In this document: positions 1 through 8,728 of the stretch, in pieces
Layout of the letters: each line of letters begins with the position of its first letter
Position numbering within the stretch: the first letter of the stretch is position 1
Assembly: GCA_040753875.1 (NCBI GenBank)
Contig: JBFMDV010000024.1
Span: 15,970-79,969 of the forward strand
Length of the DNA: 64,000 nt
Reading direction: 5' to 3'
Origin: Candidatus Zixiibacteriota bacterium
GTDB taxonomy: Bacteria > Zixibacteria > MSB-5A5 > GN15 > FEB-12
Made by a program: the position numbers and the translations under genes
Notes under the pieces: model-generated
Told to the model about the DNA's origin: nothing
What the model saw: only the letters and a program-made list of their open reading frames with translations
Database searches by the model: none

Positions 1-317
1 GGACTGTTGAAACTGAGCGGCAACACTGGCCGCGGCGGCAATGAATCGATGCCAAGAGCTATTTGCAGGTTTCGGTCGAACTTGTCGCGGTTCATGACGA
101 AGTCGGCCACCGCCGACATGCCGCACTTGATCGGAACGCTGGTATCAACCGAAGGCGCGACCGCTTGAATAAGTGATGACGGTGCCGGTTGATGTGTGAC
201 GTACAGGTAGTCTCGTACAATCTGCAGTTGCTCCTGTCGCGAAAGAACCGGTTGGTTATCCGCCATCCCCGACACGGCCACCAACAGGCTGACCGCCGCC
301 CAGACTCGTATGCTCAC
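1..317 (-). CDS. hypothetical secreted protein, 3' end cut by the window edge
   Basis: The minus-strand frame is open from 317 to position 1. It is absent from the ORF track because it has no stop in the window. GTG at 317 overlaps the stop of the upstream PHP gene (GTGA); an alternative ATG lies at 266. The N-terminus (V)SIRVWAAVSLLVAVSG is signal-peptide-like. No family recognised. Confidence 0.4.
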   Translation of the reverse strand, partial: MSIRVWAAVSLLVAVSGMADNQPVLSRQEQLQIVRDYLYVTHQPAPSSLIQAVAPSVDTSVPIKCGMSAVADFVMNRDKFDRNLQIALGIDSLPPRPVLPLSFNS

Positions 318-1150
318 ACTTGTCCCCTTATCTGCTCAACATGTTTCTTCAAATCTGCAAGAAGAGAGGCCGGCACGCGCTGCGACCCCACCATGCCGTA
401 GCGCCCCTCACGGCCATGAAAGTCCGACCCACCCGATATAACCAGGTGCCGCTCTTTGGCGATCCGCTTGAGACGTGCCACCTCATTCTGCGTATGCGAG
501 GAGTGATACACCTCGATGCCGTCCAGTCCGAGGTATTGCAACATATCCAGATGGCGGGCGGAGTCATCGATGAATGGATGAGCCATGACGGTGAGTCCAC
601 CTGACCGATGCACCAGATCGATAGCGGCTTTCGGTTCCAGCGTAACTTTGGGCACGTAGGCAGGACTGTTCTTGGATATGTACCGGTCGAACGCTTCCTG
701 GTAACTACCCACTTTATTGAGATTGACCATCGCCTCCGCAATGTGCGGACGACCGATCACCGAACTGCCGGCTCTTTCCTCAACGGCTTCGAACGGAACA
801 TCCATCCCCATATCACGCAGTTTCTCGACGATCATACGACCGCGGCGATTCCGCTTCTCCTGAAAGTCCAGCAGTGCCAGGTTTAGTTCCTCGTGGTCCG
901 GGTCGAACAGGTAGGCCAGCATGTGGACATCATCATCGCCCACTGCTATCGATAGTTCTACCCCGGTTATGAGTTCCGGATCCCCGGTTTTCAGCATCCC
1001 CGCAATATCGCGGTACCCGGCCAGTGTGTCGTGGTCGGTGACGGAAAAAGCAGAGACACCGCTGGTCCGCACCAGATCGAGCAGTTCAGCGCTCGTACAG
1101 GTACCGTCAGAGTGGAGCGTGTGCATGTGCAGGTCGATGGTGTCATTCAT
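314..1150 (-). CDS. PHP-domain metal-dependent phosphoesterase (TrpH/YciV-like)
   Basis: 278-aa ORF. The N-terminal IDLHMHTLHSDG and SVTDHDT motifs are typical of the PHP (polymerase/histidinol phosphatase) family. It starts 3 nt downstream of the ftcD-like stop. Confidence 0.85.
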   Translation of the reverse strand: MNDTIDLHMHTLHSDGTCTSAELLDLVRTSGVSAFSVTDHDTLAGYRDIAGMLKTGDPELITGVELSIAVGDDDVHMLAYLFDPDHEELNLALLDFQEKRNRRGRMIVEKLRDMGMDVPFEAVEERAGSSVIGRPHIAEAMVNLNKVGSYQEAFDRYISKNSPAYVPKVTLEPKAAIDLVHRSGGLTVMAHPFIDDSARHLDMLQYLGLDGIEVYHSSHTQNEVARLKRIAKERHLVISGGSDFHGREGRYGMVGSQRVPASLLADLKKHVEQIRGQV

Positions 1151-1153
1151 GCA

Positions 1154-2686
1154 TTACAGCTTGCTTTCAACCACGCGGGCGATCTCGCCGGCCACCTGCG
1201 CTGCCCGGCGGCGAACGGCCTCGGTTTCGCTGCGCGTACGATCAACAAAGTCCGTATCGGTGAGATTCTTCAAATTGATCCGCACATTATAGCTGGCCCC
1301 CTCGACGGCGGCATGGCCGGCCAGTCCCGCTACGCCGGCATCGCTGATAGAGTTCTCGTTCCCTTTCGTCGCCACCACGAATGCCAGTTCGAGAACTTCG
1401 AGTGCTCGCTTCATCACGGTCAAAGGCACAAGTGACGCCTTCTTGGTAGCTTCCTGGACTGCTGCTTCTCTTTTGGCCACGTCTTCGTCCGTGCTCTTGG
1501 GCAGTCTGAAGGACGCCATCACAGCGTTAAATGCCTCTTTATCATCGTCGATGAGTCGAGTCAACTCGGCGCGCAGGGTGTCCCCCTTGTCCCGGATGTG
1601 GGAAAGTTCGTCCTTTACGTCTTCGTATTTCTTCTTGCCGACAGTGAGGCGACAGACCATCGACGCGAGCGCAGCACTCAATGCCCCGCATGATGCCGCC
1701 ACCGAGCCGCCCCCCGGAGCCGGCGACGAGGAAGCTACCTGGTCGTAAAATGATTCCGTGACTGTGGCCCCGCCTGTGCCAACACCGGCTGATTTGAGTT
1801 TCTCCTCCAATACTTGATTCTTGGAAAAGTTCTCCAACTGCAAATAGAAATCGGCCACATCGAGAATGGCATCGTTGGGCAACAGGCCGACGATCTCCGA
1901 CGAGGTCACCATGACGCCATACCGGGCAGCCTCGCGCTTGATCGTCTCGAAGACGCGGAATATCGGCGTTTTGGTGTAATTGACCAGATTCATAGAGATC
2001 TGCACCTGGTTCCGTTCCTTGATCTCGAAACCGAGCGCTTTCACGAACTTGTACCCGCCCCGCAGTGCGCGGACAGCATCGGCGATCTTATCGGCGATCC
2101 ACTTCTGATTGGTGTTCAGATAGACATTGAAGGCAATCAGGAGAAATCGTACGCCGATAGCGGTCGATCCGGCGGTGAGATTCATTTGCGCCGGCCCGTA
2201 GTCGGGTCGCCGCTCAGGATCGGTTGCAATCGTATCACGGATCCCTTCGTACTCCCCGGAGCGGACATTCGCCAGATTACGGCGCTTGGGGGAGCTGGCG
2301 GCATCTTCGTACAGATAGACAGGAATTTGCAGCTCCTCACCGACCCGTTTTCCAAGCTTATTGGCCAGCTCGATGGCCTCATCGATCTCCATCTCGAACA
2401 GCGGGATAAACGGGCAGACATCACACGCCCCCATACGCGGATGCTCCCCTTTGTGAGTGCGCATATCGATCAACTCGGCCGCTTTCTGGTAACCCCTGAA
2501 GGCTGCTTCGACCGCCAGTGACGGATGGCAGACGAACGTCACCACCGCGCGATTGTGGTCGGCATCCATTTCCCGATCAAGCAACGTGACTCCCTCGACC
2601 GATGTAATGGCGGAACAGATAGCGGTAATAACCTCGGGGCGGCGCCCCTCGGAGAAATTCGGAACGCATTCAACCAGCTTAGCCAT
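1154..2686 (-). CDS. ftcD: bifunctional glutamate formimidoyltransferase / formimidoyl-THF cyclodeaminase (FTCD-like fusion)
   Basis: MAKLVECVPNFSEGRR is the classic formiminotransferase N-terminus. The C-terminal ~200 aa carry the cyclodeaminase signature SSSPAPGGGSVAASCGALSAALASMV. I place the start at the internal ATG at 2686, because the track ORF start at 2740 would overlap the upstream gene. Confidence 0.85.
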   Translation of the reverse strand: MAKLVECVPNFSEGRRPEVITAICSAITSVEGVTLLDREMDADHNRAVVTFVCHPSLAVEAAFRGYQKAAELIDMRTHKGEHPRMGACDVCPFIPLFEMEIDEAIELANKLGKRVGEELQIPVYLYEDAASSPKRRNLANVRSGEYEGIRDTIATDPERRPDYGPAQMNLTAGSTAIGVRFLLIAFNVYLNTNQKWIADKIADAVRALRGGYKFVKALGFEIKERNQVQISMNLVNYTKTPIFRVFETIKREAARYGVMVTSSEIVGLLPNDAILDVADFYLQLENFSKNQVLEEKLKSAGVGTGGATVTESFYDQVASSSPAPGGGSVAASCGALSAALASMVCRLTVGKKKYEDVKDELSHIRDKGDTLRAELTRLIDDDKEAFNAVMASFRLPKSTDEDVAKREAAVQEATKKASLVPLTVMKRALEVLELAFVVATKGNENSISDAGVAGLAGHAAVEGASYNVRINLKNLTDTDFVDRTRSETEAVRRRAAQVAGEIARVVESKL

Positions 2687-2709
2687 GTAGACACAACTCC
2701 CGGAGCGGA

Positions 2710-3672
2710 TCAGGCCCGGCGTCTCGTTTTGAGACCCCAAGCCAGCAGCGGCACCATGATCTCATGGTGACCGACGAAGTTAAACCCCTTCCCCGCCTGA
2801 TAGGTGGGCCGGGTGACCACGTTCACCCGAGGGCGGTAATGTTCGATCATATCAAAATTGGCCGTGGTCAGCCGGCTTTTCCCTTTGTGCAGGTTACGCG
2901 CTACTGTCAGCGCTTTGAGAAAAACCTCCGGCAGGATCACCGCCGATCCAATATTGGCAACAACCCCGCCTCTGTCAATGGCCGCGCAGACACTGCAAAG
3001 AAGACGGAAATCCCGATGTGATGCGGCTCCAACTTTGGCGGCATCGAAATTCGGATGCTGCGCCACGATATCGGTGCCGATCCCCACATGTACGGTGGCC
3101 GGCAAACCAAGCTTCTGTGCGACACCAAAGACCGACAAATTCCGGTTGCGCGCTTTGCGTTCGTTGATCGCACGACCAGCCGCTTCGCCAAGACCGATCT
3201 GCTCTCTCTGCGCCAGTTCGGCCACCATGGCATACAACTCACCGGTCTCACGCGCCATCCCGAAAGAGCCGTCGGTCAGACCCGCCTGCACGTCTTCGGA
3301 TGTGCCGCCAAAGAAGGCCAGTTCCAGGTCGTGAACAAGTCCCGCACCATTGAACGAGAACCCGGTCACCAGCAAACGATTCATCAGATCGATGAAGATT
3401 GGGGACAATCCGACTTTGATGGTATGGGCGCCAAGAAGCAGATGAAACGGGTGCCCTCGTTGGCGAGCGTTCCGCACCAATTGAATGAACTCATTCAGTT
3501 CCGAGGCTTTGAGAAAACGGGGAAGCGACTTAAGGAAACCGGAGGCCGCGGCCGGATCGTCGAACGGAACTCCGAACGCACGTACTTCGGTCTTGTTGTC
3601 CCGCCTCGATATGGGATAGCGGCTGACTTTTGCCAGATCGACAGGCTCCGGCCTGGACGGTCGTTTGGCCAT
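2710..3672 (-). CDS. deoxyhypusine-synthase-family-like protein (function uncertain)
   Basis: 320-aa ORF. The pattern HLLLGAHTIKVGLSPIFIDLMNRLLVTGFSFNGAGLVHDLELA and a later GGVVANIGSAV stretch resemble the DHS-like NAD-binding fold (LSGAMvpaGmr...vDviVtTGAnltHDl; GGGvpKn). The assignment is by eye only. Confidence 0.45.
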   Translation of the reverse strand: MAKRPSRPEPVDLAKVSRYPISRRDNKTEVRAFGVPFDDPAAASGFLKSLPRFLKASELNEFIQLVRNARQRGHPFHLLLGAHTIKVGLSPIFIDLMNRLLVTGFSFNGAGLVHDLELAFFGGTSEDVQAGLTDGSFGMARETGELYAMVAELAQREQIGLGEAAGRAINERKARNRNLSVFGVAQKLGLPATVHVGIGTDIVAQHPNFDAAKVGAASHRDFRLLCSVCAAIDRGGVVANIGSAVILPEVFLKALTVARNLHKGKSRLTTANFDMIEHYRPRVNVVTRPTYQAGKGFNFVGHHEIMVPLLAWGLKTRRRA

Positions 3673-3676
3673 AGGA

Positions 3677-4528
3677 TCAGAATTCCCGGATATCGCCCAG
3701 GTGATAATCGGTCAGTTCGGCGGAGACCGAGCCAACCAGGATCTTGGATTTCATAAGCACCGGCATCCGGAGCCGGTCATCGGTAAGCCACACCGTGAGC
3801 GTTCCTTCGTTTTTGAAAACACCGACCGACTGGGTCAGCGGTTCGACGACAATGCAATCAAATGAACCGGCCGCAACCTTGATCCGCTCTTTCTTGAGCA
3901 CCCGCACTTCCATACGGTACTTTTTGCCGTCGACGAAGTTGTCGACAAAAATCGACTTGCCTACCTCCAAAGGCTGCGTGCGCACAAAATAGAGGGCCGA
4001 CAGAGCGTCCTGCACGTACGGTTCGACCGGGAGCGTATCTTTCTCATAGTGTACCGCACGGTTGATTTGATCGAACGCATACATGCGGTCGGCCCGGTAA
4101 TTCCCCTCCCGCAGGTTTTTCTCAAAACGCCAGCTATAGACACCGACAGCATCGACAATCGATTCTACGCGATCCTCCACGCGATAGAAACTCGAAAAAA
4201 AGCTGTTGGACTGAGCCCGCGAGACAACCTGGTAACAGGGCCGCCCCTGGTACTCTATGAGCTTCGCAACTTCGAGTGACGCGCTGCCTGCATTGATGAA
4301 GCCATAGTTGATATCAAAAGTCATCCGCTCCCCAACGCCGAAAGCGACGTTCTCGATGAAGCGATCGATCGACGAGGCGTTGGCCTCACCGCCTGGCTGA
4401 GACGAATCCGAATCGGCCATCCCTCCGGTCGCCGTCACCAGGTAGATTGCCGGGATCGTGGCGGCCAGTGCGGCCACGATGACGGCCCACTTGATGCTAC
4501 GTGGTCTGGTCAATGGCGGCCTTTTCAT
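3677..4528 (-). CDS. DUF3108 domain-containing protein
   Basis: 283-aa ORF with an N-terminal TM/signal segment. The body (GERMTFDINYGFINAGSASLEV...YQVVSRAQSNSFFSSFYRVEDRVES...LREGNY...LTVWLTDDRLRMPV) matches the DUF3108 beta-barrel family pattern. Confidence 0.75.
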   Translation of the reverse strand: MKRPPLTRPRSIKWAVIVAALAATIPAIYLVTATGGMADSDSSQPGGEANASSIDRFIENVAFGVGERMTFDINYGFINAGSASLEVAKLIEYQGRPCYQVVSRAQSNSFFSSFYRVEDRVESIVDAVGVYSWRFEKNLREGNYRADRMYAFDQINRAVHYEKDTLPVEPYVQDALSALYFVRTQPLEVGKSIFVDNFVDGKKYRMEVRVLKKERIKVAAGSFDCIVVEPLTQSVGVFKNEGTLTVWLTDDRLRMPVLMKSKILVGSVSAELTDYHLGDIREF

Positions 4529-5000
4529 CTATCCGTTTTACAATCTCGGAAAGAAACTTGCCCAAATACTCTCCGATCTCCAGGAAAGTCGCGTTGTACC
4601 GATCCAGCGATTGCCCCACCGGATCTTCAACCCCTTCGCCGGTTAACCGACCGTCAGGGAAATTCTTGAACAAAAATACCTTTGGTTTGGCTTCGGGCGA
4701 CAGACGCAGAATCTCCTTCACGTGTTCGGGAGTCATTCCCAAAACCAGATCGGCATCTTCGATGAGCCGTCGCGACAGAAGCTGCGAACGGTGCCGCGAA
4801 AGATCGCCCGACCAGATCTTCACGGCTTCGAGTGCATACAGAGTAGCCGGGAAGCCGTTGGCGGCAGCGGTGCCGGCAGACAAAACACGATACCGGCCCG
4901 GTCTGTCCTTGTCCAGCAGCACACGAAGCGCCGCCTCGGCCATAGGGGAGCGACAGGTGTTTCCTGTGCAGACAAAAAGTATCGTGTATGGCTCGCTCAT
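4497..5000 (-). CDS. low-molecular-weight protein tyrosine/arginine phosphatase
   Basis: MSEPYTILFVCTGNTCRSPMAEA contains the C-X5-R(S/T) P-loop of LMW-PTPs. I use the internal ATG at 5000, which forms an ATGA overlap with the tsaC stop. Confidence 0.85.
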   Translation of the reverse strand: MSEPYTILFVCTGNTCRSPMAEAALRVLLDKDRPGRYRVLSAGTAAANGFPATLYALEAVKIWSGDLSRHRSQLLSRRLIEDADLVLGMTPEHVKEILRLSPEAKPKVFLFKNFPDGRLTGEGVEDPVGQSLDRYNATFLEIGEYLGKFLSEIVKRIDEKAAIDQTT

Positions 5001-5632
5001 TGAACGCCTTCGCTCGTCAGGGCCTGCCGGACCTCGTCTGCCGGTATGGCCCCTTCTCTCAGAATGATAACAGGATCGGCGCTGCAATCAACAACTGTTG
5101 ACACCGGCCCCGAAAGCTTTCCCCCATCGACATATATCGCCACCGTATCGCCAAGTTCCGCCCGGATCTCCTCAATCGTCTCCTTGTCCGGGCTGCCTGA
5201 GCGATTAGCCGAGGTAGCGGTGATCGGGTAGTCGATATGTTCTATCAGCCGTGCGATCAGGACCGAGGAGGAGTACCTGCAGCCGATCTTGCCCCCGACC
5301 ACAAGCGGAGGGGGCCAGGAGACTCTGGCTCGAAGTACAAGCGTTAGCGGACCGGGCAGGAAACGTTTGCCCAGTGATTGAGCGGCCGGAGTGATCTCGC
5401 CCCATTTGCCCATCGATTCTAAGTCCTTGACGAACAGTGCCGTCGGGGAACTGCCTGAACGCCCTTTCGCGCGGTAAAGATTATCGACCGACGATGGCTT
5501 GTCGGCTCTGGCGAGAATGCCGTAGCGGGTTTCCGTGGGGAGAACCACGAGCTCACCGGAATTCAGCGCTTCTCTGATAACGCCAACCACGGTTTCGGGC
5601 GGCGCGTGTGTGTCCAGCTCAAGAACCCGCAC
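4997..5632 (-). CDS. tsaC: L-threonylcarbamoyladenylate synthase (TsaC/YrdC type)
   Basis: The stretch VLPTETRYGILARADKPSSVDNLYRAKGRS...LPGPLTLVL...ITATSANRSGSP is the YrdC/Sua5 fold signature. There is no Sua5 C-terminal extension. A likely GTG start at 5632 lies 1 nt after the upstream stop. The track start at 5728 would overlap the SPOR gene by about 95 nt. Confidence 0.8.
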   Translation of the reverse strand: MRVLELDTHAPPETVVGVIREALNSGELVVLPTETRYGILARADKPSSVDNLYRAKGRSGSSPTALFVKDLESMGKWGEITPAAQSLGKRFLPGPLTLVLRARVSWPPPLVVGGKIGCRYSSSVLIARLIEHIDYPITATSANRSGSPDKETIEEIRAELGDTVAIYVDGGKLSGPVSTVVDCSADPVIILREGAIPADEVRQALTSEGVQ

Positions 5633-5633
5633 A

Positions 5634-6224
5634 TCAGCCGGCCTTCTTGGGAGAAATGTCGCGGGAGAGTGAGTCGGTACTCTTGGGCACCCTTGGAGCT
5701 TCATACATCGGCAGCGCCTGCTGCACACCGACGTTGGCTGTCACCACAATGGCGTTGGGGTAACCGACCGAGCGTGCCTTCTGCACGTATGCTTCCGCCT
5801 CGGCGCGAGTTCGAAATTCTCCCACCCGAAGCTTGAAATACGGGACATCATAATCGAGCAGCACCGGTTGATCGAAGATCTCCTCGGCCACCTGCAAGCC
5901 ATGGCGCCCCTCGCCATACGCTTCAAAAGTCAGCAACTGCACTCGGTACACCTGGTGGGTCGCGGTATCGCCGGGAGCAGTTTGGACACCAGGTGCCTGA
6001 GGACTCTGCTTTTCGGCCTGGCTTGCCAACTGGGCCGGAATGTTCACCGTGTCCTGGGGGAGCCCCAGCGGGTCGAAACCGGGAGGCACTTTGGTTACCG
6101 GCGCAGGCTTGGTTTCAACAACGTCCGGAGGCCGAAGGCCCCCGCAACCTGTTGCCATTATCAGTACCGCCGCGAGACCAAAGGCGATGCTACAGGTATT
6201 TCTTGAGCTTCTCATCCTGGCCAA
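5634..6224 (-). CDS. SPOR-domain lipoprotein
   Basis: Signal peptide with lipobox LIMATG-C. The C-terminal YRVQLLTFEAYGEGRHGLQVAEEIF...YFKLRVGEFRTRAEAEAYVQKARSVGYPNAIVV fits the SPOR peptidoglycan-binding repeat. Confidence 0.75.
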   Translation of the reverse strand: MARMRSSRNTCSIAFGLAAVLIMATGCGGLRPPDVVETKPAPVTKVPPGFDPLGLPQDTVNIPAQLASQAEKQSPQAPGVQTAPGDTATHQVYRVQLLTFEAYGEGRHGLQVAEEIFDQPVLLDYDVPYFKLRVGEFRTRAEAEAYVQKARSVGYPNAIVVTANVGVQQALPMYEAPRVPKSTDSLSRDISPKKAG

Positions 6225-7269
6225 GCCTTGCCAGCAGTTCCTTGACCTGGTTTACTTTGGTCTTGTGGGCGACCAGCGTGATATTGGCGGATCGGACAAC
6301 CACCAGGTCCGCGACTCCAATACAGGCGATCAGACCGTCGGCGTCGTTGTACACGGTGGTTTCGTACGTATCCATCATTTCCGTTTCACCGACCAGTACG
6401 TTGTTGTCGGAGGTCCTGTCTTTATAGCGTTCCAGCGCGTTCCAACTCCCTACGTCGTCCCACACCATGTCCGCTTTGATCACCAGCACATTGCTGGCTT
6501 TTTCGAGGACGGCATAGTCGATGGAAATGGACTCGACATTCTTGTAGAGTGCGCTGCGTTTCGGCAGTTCCTGAGCAGTACCGATAGTGGCACCGTATTC
6601 GAACAGTTGTTTGTAGATATCGGGCCGGCATGATGAGATCGCCTGGAGTATCGCGCCCGCAGACCAAATGAACATGCCGCTGTTCCAGAGATACTGACGG
6701 CTGTAATAGTATTCCTGGGCCACGGTCAGTTTCGGTTTTTCGGCAAAGAGCGATACCGCGTGGACGACACTCTCTCCTTCATATGTATGCAGATCGCCGA
6801 CCTTGATATAGCCATAGGCTGTTTCCGGCCGGGTGGGCACAATGCCGATCGTGATGAGTCGATCCTCGGCGGCGGCGATGGTGCAACCGTCTTCGAGTAT
6901 CCGAAGCAGTTTTTCGGGCGGTCGAATCAGGTGATCGGCCGAAAGCACCACCATCACGGCGTGCGGGTCCTCTTTCTGAAGATGCACCGCGGCCAGACCG
7001 ATTGCCAGACAGGTGTTCCTCCCCACCGGCTCCTTCAGAATGTGGCTGGTGGTCATGTTGGGCATGGACCGAAGAATATGTTGCGCCATGGATTCGCCGG
7101 TCACGATCCGGATCCGGTCCTCGGGGATAAGCGGACGCACCCGTTCGATCGTCTCCGCCAGCATAGTGCGGTCGGAGGTAAGGGTAAGAAACTGCTTGGG
7201 CCGTTCCGCTCGCGACAGCGGCCAAAACCGCTCCCCTTTGCCGCCGGCCATTATGACGCCGTAAATCAC
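6190..7269 (-). CDS. mannose-1-phosphate guanylyltransferase (nucleotidyltransferase only, no isomerase domain)
   Basis: MIYGVIMAGGKGERFWPLSRAERPKQFL is the sugar-1-P nucleotidyltransferase G-rich loop. The 359-aa length and overall pattern fit the GMP family. Confidence 0.85.
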   Translation of the reverse strand: MIYGVIMAGGKGERFWPLSRAERPKQFLTLTSDRTMLAETIERVRPLIPEDRIRIVTGESMAQHILRSMPNMTTSHILKEPVGRNTCLAIGLAAVHLQKEDPHAVMVVLSADHLIRPPEKLLRILEDGCTIAAAEDRLITIGIVPTRPETAYGYIKVGDLHTYEGESVVHAVSLFAEKPKLTVAQEYYYSRQYLWNSGMFIWSAGAILQAISSCRPDIYKQLFEYGATIGTAQELPKRSALYKNVESISIDYAVLEKASNVLVIKADMVWDDVGSWNALERYKDRTSDNNVLVGETEMMDTYETTVYNDADGLIACIGVADLVVVRSANITLVAHKTKVNQVKELLARLGQDEKLKKYL

Positions 7270-7597
7270 TGTCTCAACTTTCCCTTTTGACTACTCTGAA
7301 TAGTACAGAATACCGATCCGCGCAACAGCCGTCAAGGTTTGTTTCCCGAACGGACAGTCAGGGCGGGATTCAGTGGAAACCGTCATACGACCAACGAGTC
7401 AACGAGCGGTGTCTCTATAGACAATATGTCAGCAAGTGAACGGCCAAAAGAAAGCACTTGACAGCAGGAACGGTGTATAACATTGTAATTGGACAACAAT
7501 ATGGAGCACAGCGCTCCACGGGGTTTCAGAAGCAGTTTCACAACAGATTTCCGGGTGGTTACGGCCATCAGTCGATGTATGGGAAGGAGGAATCTGA

Positions 7598-8728
7598 ATG
7601 ATTGAAGCATCCGCATTCCTGAGCACCATTCTCGGCATCGCGGCGAGCATTCTCGCGCTCTCAGTCCTGGTGCAGGTTCTGCAGGAAATGTACAAGTATC
7701 TCACCAACAGCAAATCGCTGGTCTATCAACAGGTTTTAACGGACCTGCTGGGCCCATCGGTACAGCGGCTCTGGACAGCACCGGAGTTCGCCGGATTGCG
7801 GGTTCGCGGTCCGTTCCAACTCCGCAGGCGACGCCCGGGAGGAGCTCTCTTGCCACTTCCGAAAGATGAACTTGTTTCCGCTCTGACCCGCACTGCCCCG
7901 CTCTGGACACAGCGAGTCATGGAGCAGATACAACGGGAGCGGACCGCCAGCGCAGCGCCAACCGCCCCCACATCGGTTTGGGCTTCGCTGCTTGCACAGC
8001 TGGGCGAGTGCCAACGGGGCACGCCCGGATTCTGGGTCGCCAGGGAGATAGCGCAGTTTCTTGCCCTCATTGAACATGACTGGCGACCGTCTGAAAACCG
8101 GGTCGGGCATATCTCAGCCAGCACAGAGATCGATTTCGCCCGGCTCGAACTCGCCTTCCGAGACCGCTTCCTCCCCCACGTCGTTCGCGCCGAACGACTT
8201 TTCCCTCTGCTCGACCGTCATTTGGAGTACGCCAATGGGCGAAGGAATATCCGCCAGACGTTTGTCCTCGGTTTGCTGGTAACGCTGGTAATGGGATTTT
8301 CGATACAAGAGTTGTTCCGACAGGCTTATGCCATGTCACCGGAAGATACCGTAGCAATAGCGGAGCGCGTGGTGAGCATCGAAGAAAAACACGCCACCCT
8401 TATGCGCGACAGCACAATCGGCGAGGATCAACGAATACGAGCGCTTGTCGACGAAGTGCTCATGCCAACTAAGGCAGCATTGCAGGAACTCCAGACAAGA
8501 CAACTGCAACCCAGCAAGAAGCCCGTGTCCCTGGCCGAATACTGGGATGCTTTCAAACGTCGGTTGTCCTGGTCTTACTTCATAGGGTGTCTCGTGACCG
8601 CGATACTCATTTCGGTAGGAGCTCCGTTATGGAACGATATCGTCAAGTCGGTGCTCTACTTCCAGCAGTCACGTCGTCGCATGATACAAGGGCAGGCGCC
8701 TCCGGAGAAAGAAGGTGCCAGTGCCTGA
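7598..8728 (+). CDS. hypothetical membrane protein (about 3 TM segments)
   Basis: 376-aa ORF with a strong SD (GGAGG) 7 nt upstream of the ATG. Hydrophobic segments lie at the N-terminus, mid-protein (TFVLGLLVTLVMGF) and C-terminus (YFIGCLVTAILISVGAPLW). No family recognised. Confidence 0.6.
   Translation: MIEASAFLSTILGIAASILALSVLVQVLQEMYKYLTNSKSLVYQQVLTDLLGPSVQRLWTAPEFAGLRVRGPFQLRRRRPGGALLPLPKDELVSALTRTAPLWTQRVMEQIQRERTASAAPTAPTSVWASLLAQLGECQRGTPGFWVAREIAQFLALIEHDWRPSENRVGHISASTEIDFARLELAFRDRFLPHVVRAERLFPLLDRHLEYANGRRNIRQTFVLGLLVTLVMGFSIQELFRQAYAMSPEDTVAIAERVVSIEEKHATLMRDSTIGEDQRIRALVDEVLMPTKAALQELQTRQLQPSKKPVSLAEYWDAFKRRLSWSYFIGCLVTAILISVGAPLWNDIVKSVLYFQQSRRRMIQGQAPPEKEGASA

Noticed and set aside
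189-401. 70-aa + strand ORF at the left edge
   Set aside because: It overlaps the 3' end of the PHP gene and the start of the minus-strand secreted-protein gene. Its composition is not protein-like.
7455-7490. TTGACA ... TATAAC promoter-like hexamers upstream of the 7598 gene
   Set aside because: The spacer between the hexamers is about 12 nt, against the optimal 17 nt. Alternative -10 choices give poor hexamers.
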